DNA of 37,447 bases from Verrucomicrobiota bacterium (GCA_016288465.1 JAEEZC010000363.1:1-37447); one strand, 5' to 3'; shown: positions 1-7,353, counted from the stretch's first letter. Program-made: numbers and translations. The notes: generated by a model from the letters alone, not told the origin.

Positions 1-34
1 GCGCAAAGCCCCTCAAATTCTGCGAAGCGGTAGC

Positions 35-120
35 GAGAGCCCAAACCATTGGAGTTTCTTCTATAAGCGCCAAGGGTCTGTCTCTCTAGGTCTTGTGAGA
101 GCCCAAACCATCGGAGTTTC
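35..120. repeat. Two copies of a 24-nt direct repeat, GAGAGCCCAAACCAT(T/C)GGAGTTTC, at 35-58 and 97-120 with a 62-nt period, at the window edge
   Basis: Direct reading gives 23/24 identity with unrelated flanks. The period is not a multiple of 3, so this is not a coding repeat. Confidence 0.8.
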
Positions 121-264
121 AGCCTTTCAGCCTTCCGCATCTCTTCCTACGCGGATTTTCGTGTCGCAATTCGGGCACGTCACGTAGGAGTCGACCTTGG
201 ACTGGCATTTGCGGTCCTTCTTCTTTGCCTCGGGCTTGGCCATCGCCTCGTCCTCGAGCGCACG

Positions 265-447
265 ATGCGCGAACTTGGACTGCGTCTCAAGAAAATGGCC
301 TACGGATGGAAGGATGCGGGGCTAAACAAGGTGTCGAGCATCCTGCTCAAGATGTTCGCAGACGATGAATCATGGCAGGCATATTGGAAGGAGCGCATGA
401 ACATCAACCGGAAAGTGTTCCTGTACTTCAAGCTCATCAGAAATTGA
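265..447 (+). pseudogene. Probable 3'-terminal remnant of an IS transposase gene
   Basis: The tail LERTMRELGLRLKKMAYGWKDAGLNKVSSILLKMF..W.AYW resembles the C-terminal R-x-K...W..G......L signature recalled for several DDE transposase families (ISLre2/UPF0236-like). There is no protein-like N-terminal body upstream. The ORF ends 33 nt before a copy of the element terminus (481-504). Confidence 0.35.
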
Positions 448-479
448 TGCTACCACAACAGGCAGCTTGGAGCGTTGGC

Positions 480-535
480 CTTACCAAACTTTGCGACATT
501 ATCAAATTTGTGATAATGTCGCAAAGTTTGGTAAG
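480..535. repeat. Perfect palindrome with 25-nt arms at 480-504 and 511-535 and a 6-nt spacer AATTTG; two element termini head to head
   Basis: CTTACCAAACTTTGCGACATTATCA aatttg TGATAATGTCGCAAAGTTTGGTAAG; the arms are exact reverse complements. Confidence 0.95.
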
Positions 536-785
536 ACAAAATGAACGCATTTCGCACCAAGTCCCTGTGAAATAAGGCCATGATGATAAAAAAGAAGCGA
601 ATAATCGGTGCTTTGGGCGCAATGTCGGAGTTTGGGTATAATTACACTTGTCGAAGGGTTGCCCTACGCACGATATTTGTGAAATCGCATCATAATCCAC
701 AGGTTATGGTGAGATATCTCAGAACAATCAGTGCATAAAGGAACAAAACGGCGCAAATCCTTTACCAAACTTTGCGACATTATCA
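511..785. mobile_element. 275-bp MITE-like non-autonomous element
   Basis: Perfect 24-bp terminal inverted repeats: TGATAATGTCGCAAAGTTTGGTAA (511-534) and TTACCAAACTTTGCGACATTATCA (762-785). Identical 6-bp AATTTG flanks at 505-510 and 786-791 fit a target-site duplication. The interior is AT-richer and has no convincing ORF. Confidence 0.65.
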
Positions 786-829
786 AATTTGTACGATTCC
801 TTCTTTTGCAGGCGGCAGCATCAATCAAT

Positions 830-976
830 ATGTCGAAGACAACTTATCGGTTCGTTCCCGTCCAGGATTTCTCGAAGGCATGGACAGATGCGGAGTTGTA
901 CAAAAAGTACGGGCTTGACGAGAAGGAGATAGCGTTCATCGAGTCGATGATACGCCCGATGGAGGGGGATCGGTGA
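830..976 (+). pseudogene. C-terminal 48-codon stump of a restriction-modification-type DNA methyltransferase
   Basis: FSKAWTDAELYKKYGLDEKEIAFIESMIRPM matches, from memory, the characteristic tail (W-T-D-E-E-L-Y-K-K-Y/F-x-L-T-x-E-E-I-x-F-I-E-x-x-I-K-P-M) of N6-adenine DNA methylases and type IIG enzymes. The rest of the gene is replaced by the MITE/IS termini directly upstream. Confidence 0.45.
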
Positions 977-2027
977 TTCTGCCGTTTGCGCGGCATCTCG
1001 GCGAGGGCGTGCAAGGGTCAAGACCCGGCGCGATGGGCGCGAGGCCTGAAACGACGAGGTCAATCATTTCATGGCAGCGGTCGTAGAGCATTTTTCGGGT
1101 GGGCTTATGGGAAGAGGCTTCGTAGAGCGAGAGGAAGAGCATTCTTCCGTTTGCGCAGAAGCGTTCCTTTTCTCGCGGCGGATGCCAGCGAGGAGGGAAT
1201 CCCTCCGGCGAGAGAACGATCCAGGCGCCGCCGGCTTTGACGATGGCGTTGCCGCATGCCTTTTCGAGCGTGCTCATGAAGGTGGAGACGCCGGCTCCGC
1301 CGGGTCCAATGCGCGAAGCGGCGGCAACAAGGGCGTTCCATTCCGGCGAACCCGTCTGCGTCGCGCGGTGGCCTTTGATCGGAATGAGAACGGGGAGGGC
1401 GAGAAGGTCGCAGTTTCCGTATGCGAACCATTCGCGGCCGAGAAAGGAGACGCTTCGAACCTTGCCGAAGAAGCACGCGTTGCTGCGGCGGAGGGCGGCG
1501 CGCGCAGGGTTTTCGCGGATGTAGCGTCGGAAGGCGGCGAGCTGGCCGTCGCGTTTGACTATCCAGTCGTGCCATTCGGGTTGGAAGACAGGAGGCGGCG
1601 CAGACGCGCCGCCGCGCAGCACCCCGGTTTCTCCGATGACGCGCCGACCCTGCGCAGACGCGCAGGGGGCGATGCCCAGAGTTTTGCGCGTTGCCGCGTC
1701 TGCGGCAACAACCCGCCAGTAGTCGGCTCTAAGTGCTTTCATGAGCTGGCTGACAATTCCGCCAAGCGCCACCCTGTCAGAAGTTGGCTTTATCTTTATC
1801 ATCAGGTGGATGTGGTCGGGCATGACCACAAACGGCGAGATTTTCTCGATGCACCGCCATTTGCGGTGGAAACCGTCTATCGTATTCTCGAAAGCGACGG
1901 TAATCGAATTTTTCTCAAGCTGCCCGCCTTCGCCGATAGCGGAGAAATCGGCGAGCCCCGGCAGACGCTTGAGCGTCACCATGTAAAAGAAGGGCGTCTT
2001 GTAGTCGAATTGATAGAGTCTTGGCAT
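936..2027 (-). CDS. IS200/RayT-like Y1 (HUH) tyrosine transposase with a C-terminal DprA/Smf-like extension
   Basis: HUH motif in VVMPDHIHLMIKI; W-H-D-W-I-V...FRRYIRENP gives the catalytic Tyr region typical of COG1943. The C-terminal 170 aa (GNCDLLALPVLIPIKGHRAT...GVSTFMSTLEKACGNAIVKAGGAWIVLSPEGF..HPP.E..F...GRMLFLSLY) follow the DprA Rossmann pattern (G..lL..p.vaiVGsR..s...vVSG.A.GID..AH..AL..GG.TiaVL..G....YP..N..L...G.llSE). The start ATG at 2027 was chosen because TGCTATAAT lies 6 nt upstream. Confidence 0.7.
   Translation of the reverse strand: MPRLYQFDYKTPFFYMVTLKRLPGLADFSAIGEGGQLEKNSITVAFENTIDGFHRKWRCIEKISPFVVMPDHIHLMIKIKPTSDRVALGGIVSQLMKALRADYWRVVAADAATRKTLGIAPCASAQGRRVIGETGVLRGGASAPPPVFQPEWHDWIVKRDGQLAAFRRYIRENPARAALRRSNACFFGKVRSVSFLGREWFAYGNCDLLALPVLIPIKGHRATQTGSPEWNALVAAASRIGPGGAGVSTFMSTLEKACGNAIVKAGGAWIVLSPEGFPPRWHPPREKERFCANGRMLFLSLYEASSHKPTRKMLYDRCHEMIDLVVSGLAPIAPGLDPCTPSPRCRANGRITDPPPSGVSSTR
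1594..1709. repeat. Cluster of three perfect 8-bp-stem/4-nt-loop hairpins (REP-like) inside the Y1 transposase ORF
   Basis: GGCGGCGC-AGAC-GCGCCGCC (1594-1613); CCCTGCGC-AGAC-GCGCAGGG (1648-1667); GTTGCCGC-GTCT-GCGGCAAC (1690-1709). The loops are AGAC or its complement GTCT, and all share the core CGCAGACGCG on one strand or the other. Confidence 0.9.
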
Positions 2028-2033
2028 GGGCTT

Positions 2034-2042
2034 ATTATAGCA
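2034..2042 (-). promoter_or_regulatory. Extended -10 box TGCTATAAT, 6 nt before the ATG at 2027
   Basis: The minus strand reads aaaTGCTATAATaagcccATG. Confidence 0.5.
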
Positions 2043-2108
2043 TTTCGCGCTTTGCGGCGCTTCTCTGCGCACAGAGGCGCGCCGAAATTTCAAAACGGTA
2101 TTTTTCGA

Positions 2109-2128
2109 GTTGCCGCGTCTGCGGCAAC
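2109..2128. repeat. Fourth hairpin, an exact copy of the 1690-1709 hairpin, about 80 nt upstream of the Y1 transposase start
   Basis: GTTGCCGCGTCTGCGGCAACAA is identical over 22 nt at 1690-1711 and 2109-2130. Confidence 0.9.
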
Positions 2129-2150
2129 AAAATGAAAGGGGGAATCGAAA

Positions 2151-2996
2151 ATGAACCTTGAAACACACTACAAGGAGCCGAGAATATACGCTTTCACCCT
2201 TGAATCGCGTCCGGGCTGGATTAAGGTCGGATACACTGACAGGCAGACAGTCGCTGAGCGCGTTAAGCAGGAGACGCAGGTTCTCAACGTGCGCTACAGG
2301 ATCGAAGTCGACGAAAAGGCGCAGACGGACGACGGACGGATGTTCGGCGACAATGCTGTGTTCAGAGTCCTCGAAGAGAAGATGGGCGTCCTACGCGACA
2401 GCCGGGTTGATTCCTCTTCAGGCAAGAAACGCGGCAAAAGGCCCGAATGGTTCAAGACTGATGCTGGTCACGTCAATTTAGCGATCAAAATGCTGCAACG
2501 CATGACAGCGGGAGCAAGTGACGCCGCGAAGGCAGATTTCGCAATGCGACCCGAACAGGCGCGAGCGGTCGAAATGACGGCGGAGTATTTTCTGGCTCAT
2601 CCGAAAGTGCGCGGCGGACAGCCGCCGAGTTTCCTTTGGAATGCCAAGATGCGTTTCGGTAAAACTTTCGCCGCCTATCAGGTCGCCAAGACGATGGGCT
2701 GGAAACGCATTCTCGTCATGACGTTCAAGCCGGCAGTCAAGGACTCCTGGCAGCACGATCTGGAAAGCCACAAGGACTTTGCCGGGTGGAAGTTCGTCTC
2801 GGGAGGCGGTCGCATCGATCCCAGATGTGACGCTCCTGTCGTACTGTTCGGCTCGTTTCAGGACTTTCTGCAACTGGACTCCCGCACGGGAGATTACAAG
2901 GCGCGGAACAAAGAGGCGTTTAAAATAGAGTGGGACTGCGTCATCGTCGACGAATACCACAATGCTAGTTCAAGTTCAAAAGGGTCACTTTTGTAG
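2151..2996 (+). pseudogene. 3'-truncated GIY-YIG (T5orf172-like) nuclease / DEAD-DEAH (SF2) helicase gene, of the restriction/defence helicase type
   Basis: N-terminal PRIYAFTLESRPGWIKVGYTDRQTVAERV...PEWFKTD fits a T5orf172/GIY-YIG-like pattern. Helicase motif I is NAKMRFGKTF and motif II is CVIVDEYH. The ORF stops 9 codons after motif II (DEYHNASSSSKGSLL*), and motifs III-VI are absent. Confidence 0.65.
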
Positions 2997-3245
2997 AAGA
3001 TGTTGTTGTATATGATTGGCGAATGCGCGATGGGGCCTTGTCCCCGAAAGAAGATGGGTTGGGCTAGGCTGGTTCGCAACGCCAAAATTGTGGCTGAGTG
3101 GGCGTAGCCCCAAAGGATCAGGTACGCCGAGCAAAACTCGGCTGAACTAGCAGAATGAAAGGAGTCTGCACTGTAAAGAAGTCAGCATACAGTTAGTCCG
3201 AAAGGGTCAGCAACTGTCGAAGACGTTACTGTATATGATTGACGA
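2979..3245. repeat. Imperfect 44-45-nt direct repeats (2979-3022 and 3201-3245) bracketing a hairpin-rich non-coding segment
   Basis: AAAGGGTCA..TGT.GAAGA.GTT..TGTATATGATTG.CGA is shared by both copies, with exact blocks AAAGGGTCA and TGTATATGATTG. The interior has stems GGGG/CCCC (3032-3045), GGCGTA/TACGCC (3101-3128) and GCCGAG/CTCGGC (3126-3143). Confidence 0.7.
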
Positions 3246-3459
3246 GGCAGACGGGGACAGCATGCCTGTTCCGAAGGCCGCAAGAGCATCCACGGCTCGG
3301 AGATTCTCATAAACAACTTTTGCGGCTTTTTTGCGGCTATTCCTCGCGCAGCGCTCTTTTCGCAAGCCACTTCCGTGTCTCCGAAGGCGTTTCGGTGTTT
3401 TCGGTGGTTGAGAATTGCCAAGTTTTGTCACCTTTCATATGCCACCTTTCACCTAACTT

Positions 3460-3468
3460 TGGTATAAT
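3460..3468 (+). promoter_or_regulatory. Extended -10 box TGGTATAAT, 7 nt before the ATG at 3476
   Basis: tttTGGTATAATacgcaggATG. Two CACCTTTCA direct repeats at 3429-3437 and 3443-3451 lie just upstream. Confidence 0.55.
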
Positions 3469-3475
3469 ACGCAGG

Positions 3476-5224
3476 ATGAAAAACACATTGTCAATCGTGG
3501 CCGCGATCGCCGCTCTGCAGACGGCGCTCATGACGGCGGCCGCGCCAAGCGCGAATGCGGGCGGCTCGAGAGTGATTGTACTGCACACCAACGACACGCA
3601 TTCGCACATCGACGACGGCCGCGTGGCTTTTTCTGAGATCGCGGCGGAAAAGGAGAGGCTCGAAGCTGCTGGCGAAAGCGTCATACTGGTCGACGCCGGC
3701 GACTATGTGCAGGGCACGGCGCTGGGAGGCTTCGACAAGGGACGCAGCGCGATCGAGATAATGAACGCGGCGGGATACAACGCGGCGACGCTTGGCAACC
3801 ACGAGTTCGACTACGGAATCGCGACGATGCTGGAAAACGCCTCGCGCGCGACCTTCAGGACGGTCAGCTGCAACCTTGTGCACAGGGAGTCGAAGTCCGA
3901 CGAGGGAAGGCTCGTGTTCCCGGCATATACGGTGGTGACGAGCGGGACGACGCGCGTGGCGTTTGTCGGCGTGACGACGCCGACGACGCTCGTTTCCGCG
4001 AAGCCGTCGACGTTTCTCGACAGGACTGGAGAGTGGAGGGAGTACGACTTCATCGCCGGCGAACGCGGGAAGGAACTCTACGCAGCGGTGCAGAAGGCCG
4101 TGAACGAGGCCGCCGCGCATGCGGACTACACGATTGTGCTCGGCCATCTCGGCATATCGCCCGACTGCGCCGACTACATGTCGACGGACGTGATCGCCCA
4201 CACCACCAACTTCGTGGCGCTCGTGGACGGGCATTCGCACACGGAATACACGGGCTCGCGAGTGAAAAACGCCGCGGGGAAGGACGTGATACTCACGCAG
4301 AGCGGAAGCTATCTTGGCGTCCTCGGCTTTCTTGTGCTGGAGGACGGCATGTGCACGACGGCGGGGACGATCTACTCGCGCGGCAGAAGGAACGAGCGGG
4401 TGGCGGGCCTGGAGAAAGGGCTTTCCGAAGCAGTCGAGAGCCAGCTCGGAACCAAGATCGCAGTCGCGTCGGAGTCGCTTTGCTCGTATCGTCCAGGCAC
4501 TAGTGAACGACTTGCCAGAAAGGAGGAGTGCTCTGCGGGAGACTTCGCGGCGGATGCGGCCTGGTGGTACTCGACGTGGAAGGAGGGGCGCAACTGCGAC
4601 TTCGCGCTCGTAAACGGCGGCAACGTGCGCGCGGACATCCAGAAGGGGGATGTGACGCTCAAGGCCCTGCGGACCGTACAGCCGTTTGGCGGAGACATAG
4701 GAATAGTGGAGGCCAGCGGGCGCCAGGTGCTCGACGCGCTGGAGTTCGGCGCGCAGGCGGTTGGCGACGGCGAGTTCGGAGGGTTCGTCCATGCGGCTGG
4801 GCTGAAGTACACGATCGACAGCACGATCAGATGCAGCGTGCGCGTGGACGGGACGGGATCTTGGATGTCGGGTCCGTCGAACGGCGTATACAGGGTAAAG
4901 GACGTGATGGTCTACGACCGCAGGGCCGGCGGGTTCGTTCCGCTGGACCCGAACGCGATCTACAGGGTTGCGGGGAACGCCTTCACGCTTGTGGAGGGCG
5001 GGGACGGATTCTCGATGTTCCGCAGCGCGAAGAGAGTCGAGAACGGCCTTGCCACGGACTATCTCGTACTAGCCGACTACGCGAAGTCGTTTGCGTGCGG
5101 GAAGGACGGCAAGCCGACCATTTCGTCCGAAGGCTCGCCGCTTGGAAGGCTTTCGGGTTATCCGATCGACTATGCGTATCCGCAGGGAAGCGGACGAATA
5201 GTGATTCTTGGTGCAAAACGCTAG
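3476..5224 (+). CDS. Secreted bifunctional metallophosphatase/5'-nucleotidase (UshA/YfkN-like)
   Basis: Signal peptide MKNTLSIVAAIAALQTALMTAAAPSANA. Metallophosphoesterase motifs are LHTNDTHSH, DAGDYVQG and LGNHEFDYG, followed by a C-terminal 5'-nucleotidase-type domain. The annotated TTG-started upstream extension (3239) is not protein-like. Confidence 0.85.
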   Translation: MKNTLSIVAAIAALQTALMTAAAPSANAGGSRVIVLHTNDTHSHIDDGRVAFSEIAAEKERLEAAGESVILVDAGDYVQGTALGGFDKGRSAIEIMNAAGYNAATLGNHEFDYGIATMLENASRATFRTVSCNLVHRESKSDEGRLVFPAYTVVTSGTTRVAFVGVTTPTTLVSAKPSTFLDRTGEWREYDFIAGERGKELYAAVQKAVNEAAAHADYTIVLGHLGISPDCADYMSTDVIAHTTNFVALVDGHSHTEYTGSRVKNAAGKDVILTQSGSYLGVLGFLVLEDGMCTTAGTIYSRGRRNERVAGLEKGLSEAVESQLGTKIAVASESLCSYRPGTSERLARKEECSAGDFAADAAWWYSTWKEGRNCDFALVNGGNVRADIQKGDVTLKALRTVQPFGGDIGIVEASGRQVLDALEFGAQAVGDGEFGGFVHAAGLKYTIDSTIRCSVRVDGTGSWMSGPSNGVYRVKDVMVYDRRAGGFVPLDPNAIYRVAGNAFTLVEGGDGFSMFRSAKRVENGLATDYLVLADYAKSFACGKDGKPTISSEGSPLGRLSGYPIDYAYPQGSGRIVILGAKR

Positions 5225-5231
5225 CGAATTT

Positions 5232-5240
5232 TGGTATAAT
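5232..5240 (+). promoter_or_regulatory. Extended -10 box TGGTATAAT, 8 nt before the GTG at 5249
   Basis: aattttGGTATAATcagagcccGTG, immediately after the stop of the nucleotidase gene. Confidence 0.5.
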
Positions 5241-5248
5241 CAGAGCCC

Positions 5249-6355
5249 GTGAACAACGACTTTCTCGTTTTCGACCATGTGACCAAACGCTTCGGTGCGC
5301 TGACGGCCGTAAGCGACGTCTCTCTTTCGGTTAACAAGGGGGAGTTCTTCTCTCTGCTCGGGCCTTCGGGCTGCGGCAAGACGACGCTGCTGCGCATGCT
5401 GGGCGGCTTTGAGCGTCCTGACTCCGGGCGAATCTACCTGGAGGGCAAGGACATCACGGACCTTCCTCCGAACCAGCGCCGCGTGCACACTGTTTTCCAG
5501 AACTACGCGCTCTTTCCGACGATGACGGTCTGGGACAACATTGCCTTCTCGCTGCGTCTTGCGAAGATGCCGAAGGAGGAGGTCGAGGAGCGCGTCTCCG
5601 CCATGCTCGAGATGATCCAGCTTTCGGACCAGGCGTGGAAGTATCCGAGCCAGCTGTCCGGCGGGCAAAAGCAGCGAGTCGCAATAGCGCGGGCTCTTGT
5701 GGACCGTCCGCAGGTGCTACTGCTGGACGAGCCGCTTGCCGCGCTCGACCTCAAGCTTCGCCAGCACATGCTTCTGGAGCTTGACACGATACACGACCAG
5801 GTGGGCATAACGTTTCTCTACGTGACGCACGACCAGGGCGAGGCGATGTCGCTTTCCGACCGCATAGCCGTCATAAACAGGGGGTGCGTCGAGCAGCTTG
5901 CGGGGCCGGCCCAGATATACGAGGCGCCGGCGTCGCGCTTCGTCGCGTCGTTCATCGGAGACACGAACTTCTTTCACGGCGAGATTGTGACGGTCGACGG
6001 GGACTACTGCTTCATTCAGATAGAGGGCTTCCCGCAGATCAAGGCGTACAACGACAAGAAGCTGTCCGTCGGGCAGGAGGTGGACCTTTCCGTGCGCCCC
6101 GAGAAGATCCGCGTGACGCTCACGCCGCCGCCGCCGGAGAAGGGGGCGTCGATCAACGTGTTCCCGTCCAAGGTGAAGGACATTGTGTACCAGGGCGTCT
6201 ACACGAAGTACTGGCTTGTCTCGTCCGGGCTGCAGATACAGTCGCTGAAGCCGCATTCCCGGTTCCTGCTTGACCAGGAGCCGATCACCTGGAACGACGA
6301 GGTGTTTGTCTGGTGGCACCCTGACGACGGGTTCATGGTGGAAGTCGCGAAATGA
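5249..6355 (+). CDS. potA: ABC transporter ATP-binding protein, PotA/spermidine-putrescine type
   Basis: Walker A GPSGCGKT, Q-loop VFQNYALFP, signature LSGGQKQR, Walker B LLLDEP, and a C-terminal TOBE-like regulatory domain. The start is GTG. Confidence 0.8.
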   Translation: MNNDFLVFDHVTKRFGALTAVSDVSLSVNKGEFFSLLGPSGCGKTTLLRMLGGFERPDSGRIYLEGKDITDLPPNQRRVHTVFQNYALFPTMTVWDNIAFSLRLAKMPKEEVEERVSAMLEMIQLSDQAWKYPSQLSGGQKQRVAIARALVDRPQVLLLDEPLAALDLKLRQHMLLELDTIHDQVGITFLYVTHDQGEAMSLSDRIAVINRGCVEQLAGPAQIYEAPASRFVASFIGDTNFFHGEIVTVDGDYCFIQIEGFPQIKAYNDKKLSVGQEVDLSVRPEKIRVTLTPPPPEKGASINVFPSKVKDIVYQGVYTKYWLVSSGLQIQSLKPHSRFLLDQEPITWNDEVFVWWHPDDGFMVEVAK

Positions 6356-7353
6356 ACGACAATCCCCTGAGAACGCGCAAAGCAGAGTGGCTTGTAACCG
6401 CTCCGTCCTTTGTCTGGCTTGCGGTGTTCTTCGCCGTGCCGGCGGTGATAGTGCTGGCGTTCACGTTCCACGGGCACGACGCGTCCGGAGGCGTCGGCGA
6501 CTGGTCGCTGTCGACATGGCGGGAACTGGTCGACCCGGACTATCCGGCGATCGTCTGGAACACGATAAGGATATCGTTCGAGGTGACGCTCTGGTCGATA
6601 CTTCTCGCCGTTCCGTGTGCGTATGCGATAGCGAGGATGAACAAGAGGTGGAGGACCGTCGTCGCGGGCTCCATCATGCTGCCGTTCTGGACGAGCTTCG
6701 TCGTAAGGGTGTTCGCGTGGAAGACGATGCTGCATCCCGACGGCTGGCTGCAGGCGTGCTACATAACGTTTCTACGCGTCAGGGAATGGCTCTTTGGGTG
6801 GCTGCCCGCGGCGCTGCAGCAGGCGCTCGTCTGGGCGGGGCTTGCCTCGGAAGGGCGCGTGGACGTTGCGACGTCGACGATACTTGACTCCGAGTCCGCC
6901 GTGGTGCTTGTGTCGGTGTACACGTTTCTGCCGTTTGCGATCATGCCGCTGTACACGGCGGCGGAGAAGTTCGACTTCTCGCTTCTGGAGGCCGCGCGCG
7001 ACCTGGGCGCGAAAAACTTCTACGCATTTCGCAAGATATTCCTGCCTGGGATACGCCAGGGCCTGGTAAGCGCGGTGCTCATGGTGTTCATTCCGGCGAT
7101 AGGGTCGTACGTCATACCGCAGATGCTTGGCGGCACGGAATGCGTCCTCATCGGCAACAAGATATTCATGAGGGCGATCCAGAACCGCAACATCCCCCAT
7201 GCGTCGGCGCTTGCGACGCTGATGGCAGTGAGCGTCCTCATACCGATCGGCATAGCGGTATGGTGGAAGAAGCGGCAGGACGCGAGGGGCCGCAAGCGTC
7301 TGGAGGAGCAGACCGCGAGACTCGTCATGACGGGAGGAGGCCGCGCGGGATGA
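6352..7353 (+). CDS. potB: ABC transporter permease (PotB-like)
   Basis: ATGA overlap with potA. Multi-pass membrane protein with EAA loop EAARDLGAKNFYAFRKIFLPG and an unusually basic C-terminal tail. Confidence 0.75.
   Translation: MNDNPLRTRKAEWLVTAPSFVWLAVFFAVPAVIVLAFTFHGHDASGGVGDWSLSTWRELVDPDYPAIVWNTIRISFEVTLWSILLAVPCAYAIARMNKRWRTVVAGSIMLPFWTSFVVRVFAWKTMLHPDGWLQACYITFLRVREWLFGWLPAALQQALVWAGLASEGRVDVATSTILDSESAVVLVSVYTFLPFAIMPLYTAAEKFDFSLLEAARDLGAKNFYAFRKIFLPGIRQGLVSAVLMVFIPAIGSYVIPQMLGGTECVLIGNKIFMRAIQNRNIPHASALATLMAVSVLIPIGIAVWWKKRQDARGRKRLEEQTARLVMTGGGRAG

Noticed and set aside
35-120. Calling the 24-nt repeat pair a CRISPR array
   Set aside because: There are only two copies and the repeat is shorter than usual (24 nt). 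No third unit is present at the expected position and no cas genes lie in the window. It is kept only as a repeat and a low-interest finding.
127-243. A 38-codon minus-strand ORF (MAKPEAKKKDRKCQSKVDSYVTCPNCDTKIRVGRDAEG) with a half zinc-ribbon look
   Set aside because: It has only three Cys (no complete CxxC pair), no SD or -10 box that I can see, and it lies in a region of element debris. There is not enough support to call it a gene.
3020-3200. A tRNA, tmRNA, RNase P RNA, group II intron domain V or riboswitch in the hairpin-rich segment
   Set aside because: There is no T-loop GTTCGA with a matching stem, no RNase P P4 consensus, no 34-nt domain V with a GNRA loop, and no B12/TPP/SAM box. 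The downstream gene has its own promoter 7 nt from the ATG, so a cis-regulatory leader is unlikely.
3239-3475. An N-terminal extension of the 5'-nucleotidase ORF (TTG start at 3239)
   Set aside because: The extension is not protein-like. A signal peptide begins at the ATG at 3476, which sits 7 nt after a TGGTATAAT box.
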